Origin: Candidatus Hadarchaeota archaeon
Lineage (GTDB): Archaea; Hadarchaeota; Hadarchaeia; Hadarchaeales; Hadarchaeaceae
Assembly: GCA_964514945.1 (NCBI GenBank)
Contig: CAZESD010000001.1
Coordinates: 40,246 to 104,245, forward strand
Length of the DNA stretch: 64,000 nt
Direction of reading: 5' to 3'
Of the stretch, positions 8,715 to 18,583 are shown piece after piece. Numbering within the stretch: position 1 is the stretch's first letter; the number at the start of each line of letters is the position of its first letter. The notes beneath the pieces are model-generated. The model did not search any database. It had not been told where the DNA came from and was given only the letters and a program-made list of their open reading frames with translations. Made by a program: the position numbers and the translations under genes.

Positions 8715-10051
8715 ATTCGGTCATCTCAAAAGCGATGGCTGCTCGCAGAGCATCGCTCAAACTCGCAAACATTACAACCAAGAAAAAAAATACGGCACTT
8801 CTAAAAATCGCGTCCGCCATCTCTAAACACAAAAAAGCATTATTGAGGGCAAATGCTGAGGATGTTGAGAATGCTGAGCGTCTCTTAGCGCGGGGGAAAC
8901 TCTCCAAGGCGTTCGTCCAGAGGCTCAAGCTTAGCGATCACAAGCTGCACGATGTTGCTGAGATGGTGCGAAGCGTCGCGAGGCTCGAGGATCCTGTAGG
9001 AAAAACACTTTACGTGATGGAGCTCGACCGCGGCCTAGAATTGTACAAGGTGTCATGCTCGATTGGGGCGATTGGGGCAATATTCGAGGCGAGGCCCGAT
9101 GTGCTACCCCAACTGTCAGCTCTCTGCCTCAAGTCGGGGAATGCCGTAATCTTAAAAGGAGGTAAAGAGGCAAGGCATTCGAATGAAGCGTTTTTTGAAC
9201 TTATCCGCAGTACCGCCGAGCGTGCAGGGCTTCCACGCGGATGGATTCAGCTCATTGAGGCAAGACGAGAAGTACGGGAGCTGCTCAAACTTGATGAGCA
9301 TATAGACTTGCTCGTCTCGCGTGGAAGCAAGGAGTTCGTGAAGTACATCCAGGCTAACACCAGTATACCTGTGCTTGGTCACGCTGAGGGGATATGTCAC
9401 ATCTACGTTGACAGGGAAGCAGACTTGAGGCAGGCCTTAAATGTATGTTATGATTCTAAGGTTCAGTATCCTGCCGTGTGTAACGCTGTTGAAACCCTCT
9501 TAGTGCATCGTGAGATAGCCAAGCGTTTTCTTCCACCATTAGCTAGGCGGTATAAGGAGGCAGGGGTCGAGATCAGAGGATGTGAGCGAACGAGGAAAAT
9601 CCTGCGTAACATCAAGAAAGCGACAGAAACAGATTGGAAAACGGAGTACCTCGATCTGGTAATTTCAATTAAAATTGTGGGCAGCGTCGATGAGGCGATT
9701 GGCCACATCAATACATATGGTTCCAAACACACCGATGCAATAATCACCAGAAACGGGAAAACTGTACTCAAGTTCCTGACCGGGGTCGATTCTTCAAGTG
9801 TGATGCTCAACGCATCTACACGGTTCAGTGACGGATATCGCTACGGACTGGGGGCGGAAGTTGGGATAGCTACAGGCAAGATTCACGCACGGGGACCTGT
9901 TGGATTGGGTGGACTGACTACCTCAAAATATTATTTGCTGGGTGAGGGGCAAACGGTCGCCACCTACCTCGGCCCAACCGCGAAACCGTTTACCCACCGA
10001 GCGCTCTCGAAGCGCTGGAGTCACATCACGCGGGCCCTAAAGAAGCAGTAA
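8711..10051 (+). CDS. proA: Gamma-glutamyl phosphate reductase
   Basis: 446 aa ALDH fold. 'VILKGGKEA' and catalytic region 'YPAVCNAVETLLVH'. ATGA overlap with proB at 8711-8714. Confidence 0.92.
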   Translation: MNSVISKAMAARRASLKLANITTKKKNTALLKIASAISKHKKALLRANAEDVENAERLLARGKLSKAFVQRLKLSDHKLHDVAEMVRSVARLEDPVGKTLYVMELDRGLELYKVSCSIGAIGAIFEARPDVLPQLSALCLKSGNAVILKGGKEARHSNEAFFELIRSTAERAGLPRGWIQLIEARREVRELLKLDEHIDLLVSRGSKEFVKYIQANTSIPVLGHAEGICHIYVDREADLRQALNVCYDSKVQYPAVCNAVETLLVHREIAKRFLPPLARRYKEAGVEIRGCERTRKILRNIKKATETDWKTEYLDLVISIKIVGSVDEAIGHINTYGSKHTDAIITRNGKTVLKFLTGVDSSSVMLNASTRFSDGYRYGLGAEVGIATGKIHARGPVGLGGLTTSKYYLLGEGQTVATYLGPTAKPFTHRALSKRWSHITRALKKQ

Positions 10052-10062
10052 TCGGTGCTATC

Positions 10063-10548
10063 GTGAAGTTCAAAAAAGTAGCCGTCGGCGGGACATTTGA
10101 CTATCTGCACGATGGGCACGAAACGATTTTGGCTAAAGCGTTCGAGGCGGGGGGGTGCGTGCTCGTGGGCATCTGCTCGGACGAGATGCAGCTCCTGCTT
10201 CAAAAGGACTCGGCCGGCATTCAGCCGCTCGATATGCGAAAGCAGGCGTTGGAGGCGCTGCTGCGTTCCAAGGGATGGCTCGAGCGGGCAGATGTGGTGG
10301 TGATTTCTGACACGTTCGGCCCCACTGTGGAGGACCCCGAGCTCGAGGCGATAGTGGTGAGCCCCGAGACCCGGAGGCGCGCTGAAGAGCTGAACAAGCT
10401 CAGGGGATCGCGTGGACTGCCGCCACTCAAAATCATCGAGATCCCCTTTGTGCTGGCCGAAGACGGGAAGCCGATCTCGTCGATAAGAGTCCGATATAGG
10501 GAAATTGACACTCATGGCAAAGTGTTGAAGCATTCTCAGGTGGCCTAA
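10063..10548 (+). CDS. Archaeal-type phosphopantetheine adenylyltransferase (cytidylyltransferase fold)
   Basis: 161 aa, GTG start. 'VAVGGTFDYLHDGH' (HxGH nucleotidyltransferase motif). Context is directly upstream of coaBC. Confidence 0.8.
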   Translation: MKFKKVAVGGTFDYLHDGHETILAKAFEAGGCVLVGICSDEMQLLLQKDSAGIQPLDMRKQALEALLRSKGWLERADVVVISDTFGPTVEDPELEAIVVSPETRRRAEELNKLRGSRGLPPLKIIEIPFVLAEDGKPISSIRVRYREIDTHGKVLKHSQVA

Positions 10549-10597
10549 GAGACAAGTGTTTAAATTATGCAAATCTTGTTTAATCAAAGGTGAGCCA

Positions 10598-11815
10598 ATG
10601 CATCCCTCACATGACATCAAAGGCGCAAAAGGGAAGGAACTCGAAAGGCAAAAGATAGTACTTTGCATAACGGGAAGCGTGGCAGCCGTTAAATGCCCAG
10701 AACTTGCCAGAGAACTCATGCGTCATGGTGCCGATGTGCGGACATGCATGACGTTCAGTGCGACAGGGTTGATAACACCCCAACTCATGCACTGGGCGAC
10801 CGGCAACGAGGTTGTTACCGAGATAACCGGCAAGATCGAGCACATCGAGTTGGTGCAGTGGGCCGACCTAGTGTTAGTTGCCCCAGCTACCGCGAACACA
10901 TTGGGAAAGATGGCGCACGCGATTGACGACACACCTGTAACCTCGGTGGTCTCCGTAGCTTTGGGTCTAAAAAAGCCCATTGTCGCAGTTCCGGCGATGC
11001 ACGAATCAATGTACCGGCACAAGCTGTTTCAGGAGAATTTGGCGAAGCTCCGTTCAGCGGGCGTGCATGTACTCGAACCAAGAATCGAGGAAGGGAAAGC
11101 AAAATTGGCGAGCGTCGAGGAGATCGTGCAGTCCGTCATCGAGCTCTTGGGCCCCCACGATATGGAGGGTATGCGAGTGCTCGTTACCGCGGGTCCAACG
11201 GTTGAACCAATAGACCCTATCAAATTCATTACCAACCGAAGTTCGGGCAAGATGGGCGTGGCCGTGGCCCGAGTCGCGGCCTCTCGGGGTGCGGAGGTGA
11301 CGCTGATTTATGGCCCGGGGACGGAGGCACCACCCTCGAACGTAAAAGTCGTGCGCGTTCAGACCACCCGAGAAATGTGTGAGGCCTTCAAGCATGATCT
11401 AAAATCACCTCATGATATCATCGTTTCCACCGCGGCCGCACAGGATTTCGTAATAGAGCGACCAGCGGAGCAGAAACTTAGGCATTCCGAATCGCCAACG
11501 CTCAAGCTAGTTCCAGCACCCCGCGTGCTCGATGAGGCACGAAAACTCGCGCCAAATGCTTTTGTAGTGGGGTTCAAGGCGGAGTTTAACGTGAACGATG
11601 AGGAACTCCTAGCAGCCGCGAGGGAAAAGCTGGACGAGGGGCTCGACATGGTCGTAGCAAATGATGTGGCAAGGCCGGGAGCCGGGTTTGGCTCTGAGAC
11701 CAACGAAGTCATAATCGTAATGTCCTCTGGTTCTAAAGTAATGTGCGCGACGAAGGTTGAGATAGCTAAGGCAATTCTGGATGCTGCGATGGCGAGGCTT
11801 CGAGGGCGTGGCTAA
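10598..11815 (+). CDS. coaBC: Bifunctional phosphopantothenoylcysteine decarboxylase / phosphopantothenate-cysteine ligase
   Basis: ATG 10598 (GGTGA upstream) inside ORF 10556..11815. Flavoprotein half 'IVLCITGSVAAVK', 'PATANTLGKMAHAIDD'. Ligase half 'VLVTAGPTVEPIDPIKFITNRSSGKMG'. Confidence 0.9.
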   Translation: MHPSHDIKGAKGKELERQKIVLCITGSVAAVKCPELARELMRHGADVRTCMTFSATGLITPQLMHWATGNEVVTEITGKIEHIELVQWADLVLVAPATANTLGKMAHAIDDTPVTSVVSVALGLKKPIVAVPAMHESMYRHKLFQENLAKLRSAGVHVLEPRIEEGKAKLASVEEIVQSVIELLGPHDMEGMRVLVTAGPTVEPIDPIKFITNRSSGKMGVAVARVAASRGAEVTLIYGPGTEAPPSNVKVVRVQTTREMCEAFKHDLKSPHDIIVSTAAAQDFVIERPAEQKLRHSESPTLKLVPAPRVLDEARKLAPNAFVVGFKAEFNVNDEELLAAAREKLDEGLDMVVANDVARPGAGFGSETNEVIIVMSSGSKVMCATKVEIAKAILDAAMARLRGRG

Positions 11816-12723
11816 TGCGGAAGGCATCTGCTTTCGTGCCAGCTCACATCTCCGGTTTTTTTCAGGTGTGTGAGGCGAGTGATCCGGAGCAAATGGGATC
11901 GCGTAATTGTGGCCCTTGCCTTGATATCGGCGTGCTCACTGAGGTCAAAATTGAACCAGCCACTCGAACTAGCGTAAACGTGCTTATAAACAATAAAAGG
12001 ACACCCACAGCAGAGACGACTTTGGCGGCAATTGAGAAGCTCTTGAGAATTGTGCGTGAACCGCTTGAGGTCAAAATAGCTCATTCATGCCAAGTGCCGA
12101 TAGGTGCGGGGTATGGAGCGAGTGGTGCTGGAACATTCGGCGCCGTTCTGGCCCTCTCTAAAGCTTTGGGGTTGCGTTTGTCGCGCAAGAGGCTTGCGGC
12201 GATCGCACATGTCGCTGAAGTGACCTGTCACACGGGGCTTGGTGACGTGGGTGCGCAAGCACTCGGCGGGCTGGTAATCGGGCTAGAGCCAGGTGCCCCC
12301 CCACATGGCAGGTGGAAGCAAATCCGCCTCCCGAAAGATGTAAAGGTGGTTTGCGGCACTTTTACCGGGCTGCCGACGGCGAAGCTTTTGCGCGAGGAAG
12401 AATTTCGTGAGCGTTCGAAGCGGCTCGGTGGTTTAGCTATGAAAAAATTGTTAGAAAGACCCACTCTCCAAAATTTTATGAAGGTGTCGCGTGAATTTGC
12501 AGAAAGGCTCGAGCTTTTAAACGATGAACTTCGCACGTTGATCGAAGCTGTTTCAGAAACGGGTGCAATTGGAGTGAGCCAAGTGATGCTAGGGAAAGCA
12601 GCATTTGCACTGGTGAAGGAGAAGAAGCTGGAACAGGTAACTCGCACATTTCTCGAGTTCCTCGAGCCCAGTGCTGTTAACGTCGCAAGCGTGAACCGAA
12701 CAGGCGCTAGGTTGCTCAGTTAA
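11815..12723 (+). CDS. GHMP-family kinase, probable archaeal pantoate kinase
   Basis: 302 aa. N-terminus 'AFVPAHISGFFQV' and GHMP motif 'PIGAGYGASGAG'. TAATG overlap with coaBC. Confidence 0.7.
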   Translation: MRKASAFVPAHISGFFQVCEASDPEQMGSRNCGPCLDIGVLTEVKIEPATRTSVNVLINNKRTPTAETTLAAIEKLLRIVREPLEVKIAHSCQVPIGAGYGASGAGTFGAVLALSKALGLRLSRKRLAAIAHVAEVTCHTGLGDVGAQALGGLVIGLEPGAPPHGRWKQIRLPKDVKVVCGTFTGLPTAKLLREEEFRERSKRLGGLAMKKLLERPTLQNFMKVSREFAERLELLNDELRTLIEAVSETGAIGVSQVMLGKAAFALVKEKKLEQVTRTFLEFLEPSAVNVASVNRTGARLLS

Positions 12724-13256
12724 AATCTATCCTCGCGTACAATCTTGCTCAGCGGCATGCGCTGCGGCGGGCTCGGTTTCTCAGCTGGTTTGCCGATTGG
12801 CACAATGGCGAGGGGCCTCACACCCACAGGGGCTTTGATTACCTCCGCAACAGCATCCTCATTAAATGCCCCGATCCAGCATGTCGCGTAACCAAGCGCG
12901 TAAGCGGCTAGATGTATGTTTTGTGTTGCCGCGGCTGTATCTTGGATGCAATAGAGTTCCTTACCTCTCCTACCGTAACGTTGAGAGGTGCGGGCGACGT
13001 TCGCGCACACAACGATGGCTACCGGCGCCTCCGCGATGAAAGTCTGCCCGAGCGCTGCGCGCGCCAACCGCTCTTTTTGGGTTTGGTCTTTCACAATGAC
13101 TAGTTCGAGGGGCTGGCAGTGTCCCGCGCTAGGGGCGTGCTGCGCAGCCTCAAGAATTTTTTTCAGGTCCCCTTCCTTAACGAGGTCGGGTCTAAACTCG
13201 CGTACGCTCCGTCTGCCTTTGATTGCTTCGAAAACGTCCATCCAGACCCTAAGCAT
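12720..13256 (-). CDS. Nitroreductase-family FMN oxidoreductase
   Basis: 178 aa. 'AIKGRRSVREF', 'APSAGHCQP', 'AAATQNIHLAAYALGY'. Confidence 0.85.
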   Translation of the reverse strand: MLRVWMDVFEAIKGRRSVREFRPDLVKEGDLKKILEAAQHAPSAGHCQPLELVIVKDQTQKERLARAALGQTFIAEAPVAIVVCANVARTSQRYGRRGKELYCIQDTAAATQNIHLAAYALGYATCWIGAFNEDAVAEVIKAPVGVRPLAIVPIGKPAEKPSPPQRMPLSKIVREDRF

Positions 13257-13266
13257 TTAAGCTTCG

Positions 13267-13557
13267 GTGAACGTAAAAAGAATTTGGCATGGTGAAATGG
13301 TCGAAACCTCTGAGCTTGACTGGATAGTTCAAAAGACCACCGAGCTGCTTTCCGACAAGGTGAGGGACGCTCCGCTCACCGACCGCGACATCGAGCTGGC
13401 ATTTGAGATGTTTGCGAAGCCGAGGCTCGAGCGCCTCTCCAATGCTTTCAAGAGCGATCTCGAACGAAGACAGGCGCAAGATTTTATCATGATGAAACTC
13501 CAAGAGCGGGCGAAGCAGCTCAACGCGGAGCATTGGCAGAAAACAGAAGAAATATGA
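13267..13557 (+). CDS. Hypothetical small helical protein
   Basis: 96-aa ORF with a GTG start and no recognisable motif. It fills an otherwise empty gap, and its codon usage looks like the neighbours. Confidence 0.35.
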   Translation: MNVKRIWHGEMVETSELDWIVQKTTELLSDKVRDAPLTDRDIELAFEMFAKPRLERLSNAFKSDLERRQAQDFIMMKLQERAKQLNAEHWQKTEEI

Positions 13558-13608
13558 TAATTTATCGTCAGTTTTGAGTAGCATAAATAAGACGCGACAT
13601 TCAAAACT

Positions 13609-13881
13609 CTAAAGAAACGGTAGGTGCCCGGCCCACAACCAATAAGTGATGATGATGCATAGTACGACCGCCACGAAGAGACCAGCCCCCCATTTTTTGG
13701 CCTGAGCCTTGAAGAAGATATAGCCGAAGAGGCCGCTGCCGACCATGGCTAGGATGAGCACGATGCTGAGCACAATTTGCCCTATCAACCTACTCAATGA
13801 ACCGAAATAGTCCGTGAGGGCGATGACGGGTAGTACGATGATGAGGAGAACCACTCCTGCTAATATCAGCCACCCACGCAA
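13609..13881 (-). CDS. Small integral membrane protein (about 3 TM segments)
   Basis: 90 aa with three long hydrophobic stretches ('WLILAGVVLLIIVLPVIAL', 'IVLSIVLILAMVGSGLFGYIFF', 'GLFVAVVLCIIITYWLW'). Confidence 0.45.
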   Translation of the reverse strand: MRGWLILAGVVLLIIVLPVIALTDYFGSLSRLIGQIVLSIVLILAMVGSGLFGYIFFKAQAKKWGAGLFVAVVLCIIITYWLWAGHLPFL

Positions 13882-13956
13882 TCTTTCACCTATTTTGCTT
13901 ATTCGTTGAACTTTTAAAAGGTTAACCTAGAGGGACTGTAAGAACTGGTGAAAAAA

Positions 13957-15723
13957 ATGCCGAGAATTGCCGTCATCAACCGAGAGTCATGCCAGCCCAA
14001 ACGGTGCTTGCTCGAGTGCTACCGCTACTGCCCGGGAGTTCGAACCGGTGACGAGACTGTGATTATCGACGAACGAACGGGCAAACCCGTGATTTCGGAG
14101 GAGCTATGCACGGGCTGCGGAATATGCGTGCACAAGTGCCCGTTTCGCGCGATTTCGATAATCAATCTGCCTCAAGAACTTGAGGGGCGCTGCATCCACC
14201 GCTACGGGCCCAATGGATTCGCCCTCTATGAGTTGCCCATCCCCCGAGCGGGCAAGGTCACGGGGCTCGTCGGGCAAAACGGGACAGGTAAAACCACTGC
14301 GCTTGAGATTCTGGCGGGAAAGCTTGGCCCCAACCTTGGCTTGCAGGAGGCAGCGCTGCCGAGGGTCCTAAACGAGTTCTTCAAGGGTTCTGAGCTACAG
14401 GCTTACTTCGCCCGAATCGAGCGGGTAAAGCTAGCATACAAACCCCAGGCGATCGATGGACTTCCAAAGGTGGTGCGAGGGAAGGTCGGCGAGCTTCTCG
14501 CGAAGGTGGATGAACGAAACGTGGCAGGGGAGCTGACAGAATCACTTGAGCTGAACGAGGTTCTCGACCGCAACATCAAGCTTCTCAGCGGAGGCGAGCT
14601 CCAACGCCTAGCGATCGCCGCAGCAGCCGCGCGGAATGCGGACATCTATTACTTCGACGAGCCGAGTTCGCACCTCGATGTTTATCAACGCCTCAACGCG
14701 GCGCGCGTCATTCGAAGGCTCGCGGAGGCTGGAAAAGCCGTGATCGTTGTGGAGCATGATCTCGCGATGCTCGACTACATGTGCGACTACGTGCACGTTC
14801 TCTACGGCAAACCAAGGGCCTACGGCGTCGTGTCATCACCACGGGGGGTCAGGGTTGGGATAAACGTCTTCCTCGATGGCTACCTGCGTAAGGAGAATGT
14901 GAGGTTCAGGCGAGAATCCATCCGTTTTGAAGTTCGACCTCCATCAAAAGCTCGTGTTGCTGGGCGGGCAATGTTTAGCTACCCAAAACTCAAAAAACGC
15001 TTTAAGGGATTCGAGCTTGAGGTCACGCCGGGCAGCGTTTATGCCGGTGAGGTTGTCGGCGTGGTTGGCCCAAACGCCATAGGCAAAACCACCTTCGTAC
15101 GCATGCTTGCAGGGGAGCTCAAACCGACGGTCGGGAAGCTCGATTCTAAGCTCGCGGTCGCCCACAAGTCACAGTACCTGGAGATTGAGTTTGAGGGAAC
15201 CGTGGAAGCTTGGCTGCGCGAGTTGCTCGGCGATTTTGACCCGACCTTCAATCCCGAGATCCTGCAACCGCTCGAGGTGAAGCCCTTGCTCGAGCGAAGA
15301 GTAAAGGATCTGAGCGGGGGCGAGCTCCAACGCGCCGCGATCGCCGCATGCTTGGGACAGCCAGCCGATCTCTACTTGATCGACGAGCCCAGCGCTTACC
15401 TTGATGTCGAGCAGCGCCTGCAAATGGCGCGTGTGATAAGGCGGGTGATTGAGAAGCGCGAGGTTGCTGCATTCGTGGTCGATCACGATGTGCTGAGTGT
15501 CGACTTCATCTCCGACCGTTTGCTTGTCTTCACGGGGGAGCCGAGTCGGGTTGGCAAAACCCACGGTCCCCTCGGAATGCGTGAGGGGATGAATCGATTC
15601 CTGCGTGAGGTCGGGGTCACCTTCCGACGGGACCCTCAGACGGGCAGGCCCCGAGCAAACAAGCCGGAAAGCAGCCTAGATCGGGAACAGAAGGAAAAAG
15701 GAGAGTACTTTTATTTGAGTTAG
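13957..15723 (+). CDS. abcE1: ABCE1 / RNase L inhibitor-type ribosome recycling ATPase
   Basis: ATG 13957 (GGTGA upstream) in ORF 13948..15723. N-terminal FeS clusters ('CQPKRCLLECYRYCP', 'CTGCGICVHKCP'). Two NBDs: Walker A 'GQNGTGKTT' and 'GPNAIGKTT', with 'LSGGELQR' twice. Confidence 0.93.
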   Translation: MPRIAVINRESCQPKRCLLECYRYCPGVRTGDETVIIDERTGKPVISEELCTGCGICVHKCPFRAISIINLPQELEGRCIHRYGPNGFALYELPIPRAGKVTGLVGQNGTGKTTALEILAGKLGPNLGLQEAALPRVLNEFFKGSELQAYFARIERVKLAYKPQAIDGLPKVVRGKVGELLAKVDERNVAGELTESLELNEVLDRNIKLLSGGELQRLAIAAAAARNADIYYFDEPSSHLDVYQRLNAARVIRRLAEAGKAVIVVEHDLAMLDYMCDYVHVLYGKPRAYGVVSSPRGVRVGINVFLDGYLRKENVRFRRESIRFEVRPPSKARVAGRAMFSYPKLKKRFKGFELEVTPGSVYAGEVVGVVGPNAIGKTTFVRMLAGELKPTVGKLDSKLAVAHKSQYLEIEFEGTVEAWLRELLGDFDPTFNPEILQPLEVKPLLERRVKDLSGGELQRAAIAACLGQPADLYLIDEPSAYLDVEQRLQMARVIRRVIEKREVAAFVVDHDVLSVDFISDRLLVFTGEPSRVGKTHGPLGMREGMNRFLREVGVTFRRDPQTGRPRANKPESSLDREQKEKGEYFYLS

Positions 15724-15745
15724 TGCTAGCTTTGATGGGGGCTGG

Positions 15746-16015
15746 ATGGGGGTCACTGAGGACATTAACTGGCTTAAATATGACGACGAAGGCGTGGGAA
15801 AAGTTTTTATGCTAATTGCCAATAAGGGAGGCGCTAAGCTCCGAGAACTCCGCGAACTTTTCGGTACCGAGGACTGGTGGCCCGTAAAGAATCATTTGCG
15901 TGCCCTCACCGACCGGAATTTAGTCATCGGAGTTGAGGAAACTTACAAGCTGACTGAAAATGGACGAAAGGTGCTCGAAGGATTTAAGGCAATGGAATAC
16001 GTCGAGCCAGTTTAA
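15746..16015 (+). CDS. Small winged-helix DNA-binding-like protein (hypothetical)
   Basis: 89 aa. 'AKLRELRELFG...VKNHLRALTDRNLV...YKLTENGRKVL' resembles an ArsR/MarR-like wHTH. Confidence 0.4.
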   Translation: MGVTEDINWLKYDDEGVGKVFMLIANKGGAKLRELRELFGTEDWWPVKNHLRALTDRNLVIGVEETYKLTENGRKVLEGFKAMEYVEPV

Positions 16016-16254
16016 ACTGAAATTGCTGAAACATTTCCCCCTTTGATTAAAAGAAGTTTATGTTTAACAGCGGGCCCCTCGCTTGAGAGCTCCTCAGCCT
16101 CCTCGAGCACGAGATTCATATGTGCGTCATACTGAGTCAGCTTGCCGCGAAATCTCCGGCCGTCTTTTGCGCTGACCACTACGGTGACATTCAGGAATTT
16201 CTCAAGGTCGACCTGCGTTTCTTTCTCGGGTTCTGCCCGCGCTTCTTCCGCCAT
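16012..16254 (-). CDS. Archaeal Sm-like (LSm) protein
   Basis: ORF 16012..16431 trimmed to ATG 16254 ('MAEEARAEP...'). Sm1/Sm2 core 'VVVSAKDGRRFRGKLTQYDAHMNLVLEEAEE ... LLLIKGGNVSAISV'. The longer form would overlap the radA start. Confidence 0.8.
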   Translation of the reverse strand: MAEEARAEPEKETQVDLEKFLNVTVVVSAKDGRRFRGKLTQYDAHMNLVLEEAEELSSEGPAVKHKLLLIKGGNVSAISV

Positions 16255-16374
16255 CAAATACCCAATTGATGCTCGGTCTGCCCCTTTATAAGCTTTATAA
16301 ATTACTTTCGGCGACCTCTCTCCCCTAAAATCACTTAAAACATATGTACAAGAGAGGCGCACGGAGGTGGTCGA

Positions 16375-17307
16375 TTGATTGAATTTGAGGAACTTGAAGG
16401 GGTCGGGCCGGCGATTGCGGAGAAACTTCACTCGGCCGGCTACGATTCGTTGGAGCGCCTAGCAGTAGCCACCACGGGCGAGCTGATGGAGGCCGCTGAG
16501 GTGGGAATGCGAGTGGCGGTGAAGGTGATAAATGCCGCCCGCGATGCGGTGAACATGGGATATGAAAAAGCGAGCGAGGTGATGGAACGGCGGAAGCACC
16601 TCGGGTACATCTCGATGGGGAGCCCCGCACTCGACAAGATAATTGGCGGGGGAGTCGAGACCCAAGGTGTGTTTGAGGTATTCGGTGAATTTGGGTCTGG
16701 GAAAAGCCAACTGGCCCATCAGCTCTGCGTCAACGTGCAGCTCCCGCCAGAGCAGGGAGGGCTAAGGGGAAAAGCTCTCTACATCGACACCGAAAATACA
16801 TTCAGGCCCGAGCGCATTGCGCACATGGCGCGTGCAGCAGGGCTAGACCCTGAGGTAGTACTTGAGAACATTTACATCGCTCGAGCGCGCACGACCGATC
16901 ACCAGATGCTTCTGGCCGAGAAGATCCAAGAGATGGCGAAGGAGGGAGATGTGAAACTTGTCGTGATAGACTCGCTCACCTCGCTCTTCCGGGCCGAGTA
17001 CTGCGGGCGGGGCGCGCTTGCTGAGCGGCAGCAGAAGCTGGGGCGTCACATTGCGGCGCTGCACAAGATTGCGGAGCTGAACGATCTCGCGGTTTTCGTG
17101 ACGAACCAAGTGATGGCGAGGCCTGACATGTTCTTCGGTGACCCGACCAAGCCCATCGGAGGACACGTGCTAGGACATGCGATGACCGCGCGGGTCTACC
17201 TGCGGAAGAGCAAGGCGAACACTCGGGTCGCCAAGCTCATAGACCATCCCGGGTTGCCTCCGGAGAGCGCGACATTCCAAATAGTCGAGGCGGGAATCAG
17301 GGATTGA
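16375..17307 (+). CDS. radA: RadA recombinase
   Basis: 310 aa, TTG start after GGAGGTG. N-terminal HhH '[17 protein letters not shown]', Walker A 'GEFGSGKSQ', Walker B '[12 protein letters not shown]'. Confidence 0.95.
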   Translation: MIEFEELEGVGPAIAEKLHSAGYDSLERLAVATTGELMEAAEVGMRVAVKVINAARDAVNMGYEKASEVMERRKHLGYISMGSPALDKIIGGGVETQGVFEVFGEFGSGKSQLAHQLCVNVQLPPEQGGLRGKALYIDTENTFRPERIAHMARAAGLDPEVVLENIYIARARTTDHQMLLAEKIQEMAKEGDVKLVVIDSLTSLFRAEYCGRGALAERQQKLGRHIAALHKIAELNDLAVFVTNQVMARPDMFFGDPTKPIGGHVLGHAMTARVYLRKSKANTRVAKLIDHPGLPPESATFQIVEAGIRD

Positions 17308-17366
17308 GTTCGAAAATTTAGGGGGCGGTGCTGCGGGGGAGAACTTTTGGTCTTTGAGTAGCTCGT

Positions 17367-18560
17367 TTACCTGATTGATGCTTTGGTTTCTGCATGCGGG
17401 GGCTTCAATGTTGTTATCATAAGCAACGCTGCCACGAACGAAAGCACCGCAGCGAAAGCGAATGCAGCCCATGAACCGATAACTTGCCAAAGCACTCCTG
17501 CGATGACACTGGCTGGAAATAAGGCCAATCCGGTAGCGGTGTGGAAGGCTCCCATCGCAGTCCCCCAAAGTCGTGGGGCGATCAAGTCGGCGACATAAGC
17601 GCGTTGGACTCCCACAACTAAGCCCATAAAAACACCGTAGAATGCGAACAACGGTAGTGCTTGCCATGCGCTGGTTGCCAAAGCCAACCCCACGGAAGTG
17701 AAGCCGAAAATACAATAGCCCGAGGCGATCACAGGACGCCTCCCTATGCGGTCGGACAGCATGCCAGCTGGAAGCGAGACCAAAGCATAGACCACGTTGA
17801 AGAGCATGTAGAGAAGCACCACCTGCCCGGTCCCTAGCCCAAGCTCAGAGGCTCGGAGGATCAGAAATGCCCAGCTTAGGTTCCCTAGCGAGAATAAAGT
17901 AACAACTGCGAGGTAGCGCCTGAAACTTGAGCTGAGCGAGCCAAGGCCAGCCTTAAATGATAGCTTGGGGGTCCGCTTTCTCCTCACCTCACGTGCGAAG
18001 AACACGAGGACGGCGACCGCTATTATTGCTGGAATCGAGGCGAGCAGGAAGATGTCCCTGAATCCAAAGAAGAGCAGGAGCAGGAACGCGAACGCTGGGC
18101 CCAAAATCGCGCCAATCGTGTCGAGGGCACGGTGAAATCCGAATGCTTTTCCCCTAATGTTTGGTGCGCATGAGTCTGCGAGCAGAGCATCCCGGGGAGA
18201 GGTCCTGATCCCCTTTCCAACTCGATCCATAAACCGCACCCCGAGCGCATGGGCCCATGTGCTGGCAAGGGCGAGGAATGGTTTGACGACGGTGGAGAGC
18301 CAGTAACCTCCGAAGATCAAGGGCTTCCGCTTGCCGATGCGGTCTGACCACCATCCCGAGAAAACTTTGAGAAGGCTCGCCGCGCTTTCCGCTAGCCCCT
18401 CGATGAGCCCCAGCACGGCCGGAGCAGCGCCGAGAACCTGGACAGTAAAGATGGGGAAGAGAGGCAGCATCATCTCGGTGCTTACGTCAGTGAGCAAGCT
18501 GACGATCCCGAGCACGATGACGTTGAACCCCAACCCTGTAAAAAATCCCCGCCGTCTCAT
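17367..18560 (-). CDS. MFS transporter
   Basis: 397 aa, about 12 TM. MFS loop motif 'GWWSDRIGKRKP' and a second-half repeat 'GMLSDRIGRRP'. Confidence 0.85.
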   Translation of the reverse strand: MRRRGFFTGLGFNVIVLGIVSLLTDVSTEMMLPLFPIFTVQVLGAAPAVLGLIEGLAESAASLLKVFSGWWSDRIGKRKPLIFGGYWLSTVVKPFLALASTWAHALGVRFMDRVGKGIRTSPRDALLADSCAPNIRGKAFGFHRALDTIGAILGPAFAFLLLLFFGFRDIFLLASIPAIIAVAVLVFFAREVRRKRTPKLSFKAGLGSLSSSFRRYLAVVTLFSLGNLSWAFLILRASELGLGTGQVVLLYMLFNVVYALVSLPAGMLSDRIGRRPVIASGYCIFGFTSVGLALATSAWQALPLFAFYGVFMGLVVGVQRAYVADLIAPRLWGTAMGAFHTATGLALFPASVIAGVLWQVIGSWAAFAFAAVLSFVAALLMITTLKPPHAETKASIR

Positions 18561-18583
18561 TCGTCCACAACTCAGGGAGGATT

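Noticed and set aside
10021-10719. Long antisense or overlapping ORFs in the track. Examples: 10021..10719(-) 232 aa, 19271..20041(+) 256 aa, 2957..3511(+) 184 aa, 17170..17715(-) 181 aa, 59524..60048(-) 174 aa, 61681..62169(-) 162 aa, 44270..44767(+) 165 aa.
   Set aside because: Each lies entirely opposite a gene with strong family motifs (PPAT/CoaBC, thrS, proS, MFS, ilvB/ilvN, ilvD, FAD oxidase). Their translations are low-complexity, Arg/Ser/Pro-rich and motif-free, which is typical of shadow ORFs in GC-rich coding DNA.
13570-13608. 8-bp inverted repeat AGTTTTGA...TCAAAACT between convergent small genes, and a similar imperfect one at 25545-25601, considered as terminators.
   Set aside because: The stems are short and AT-rich with long loops, which gives a weak thermodynamic case. 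They were not listed as features.
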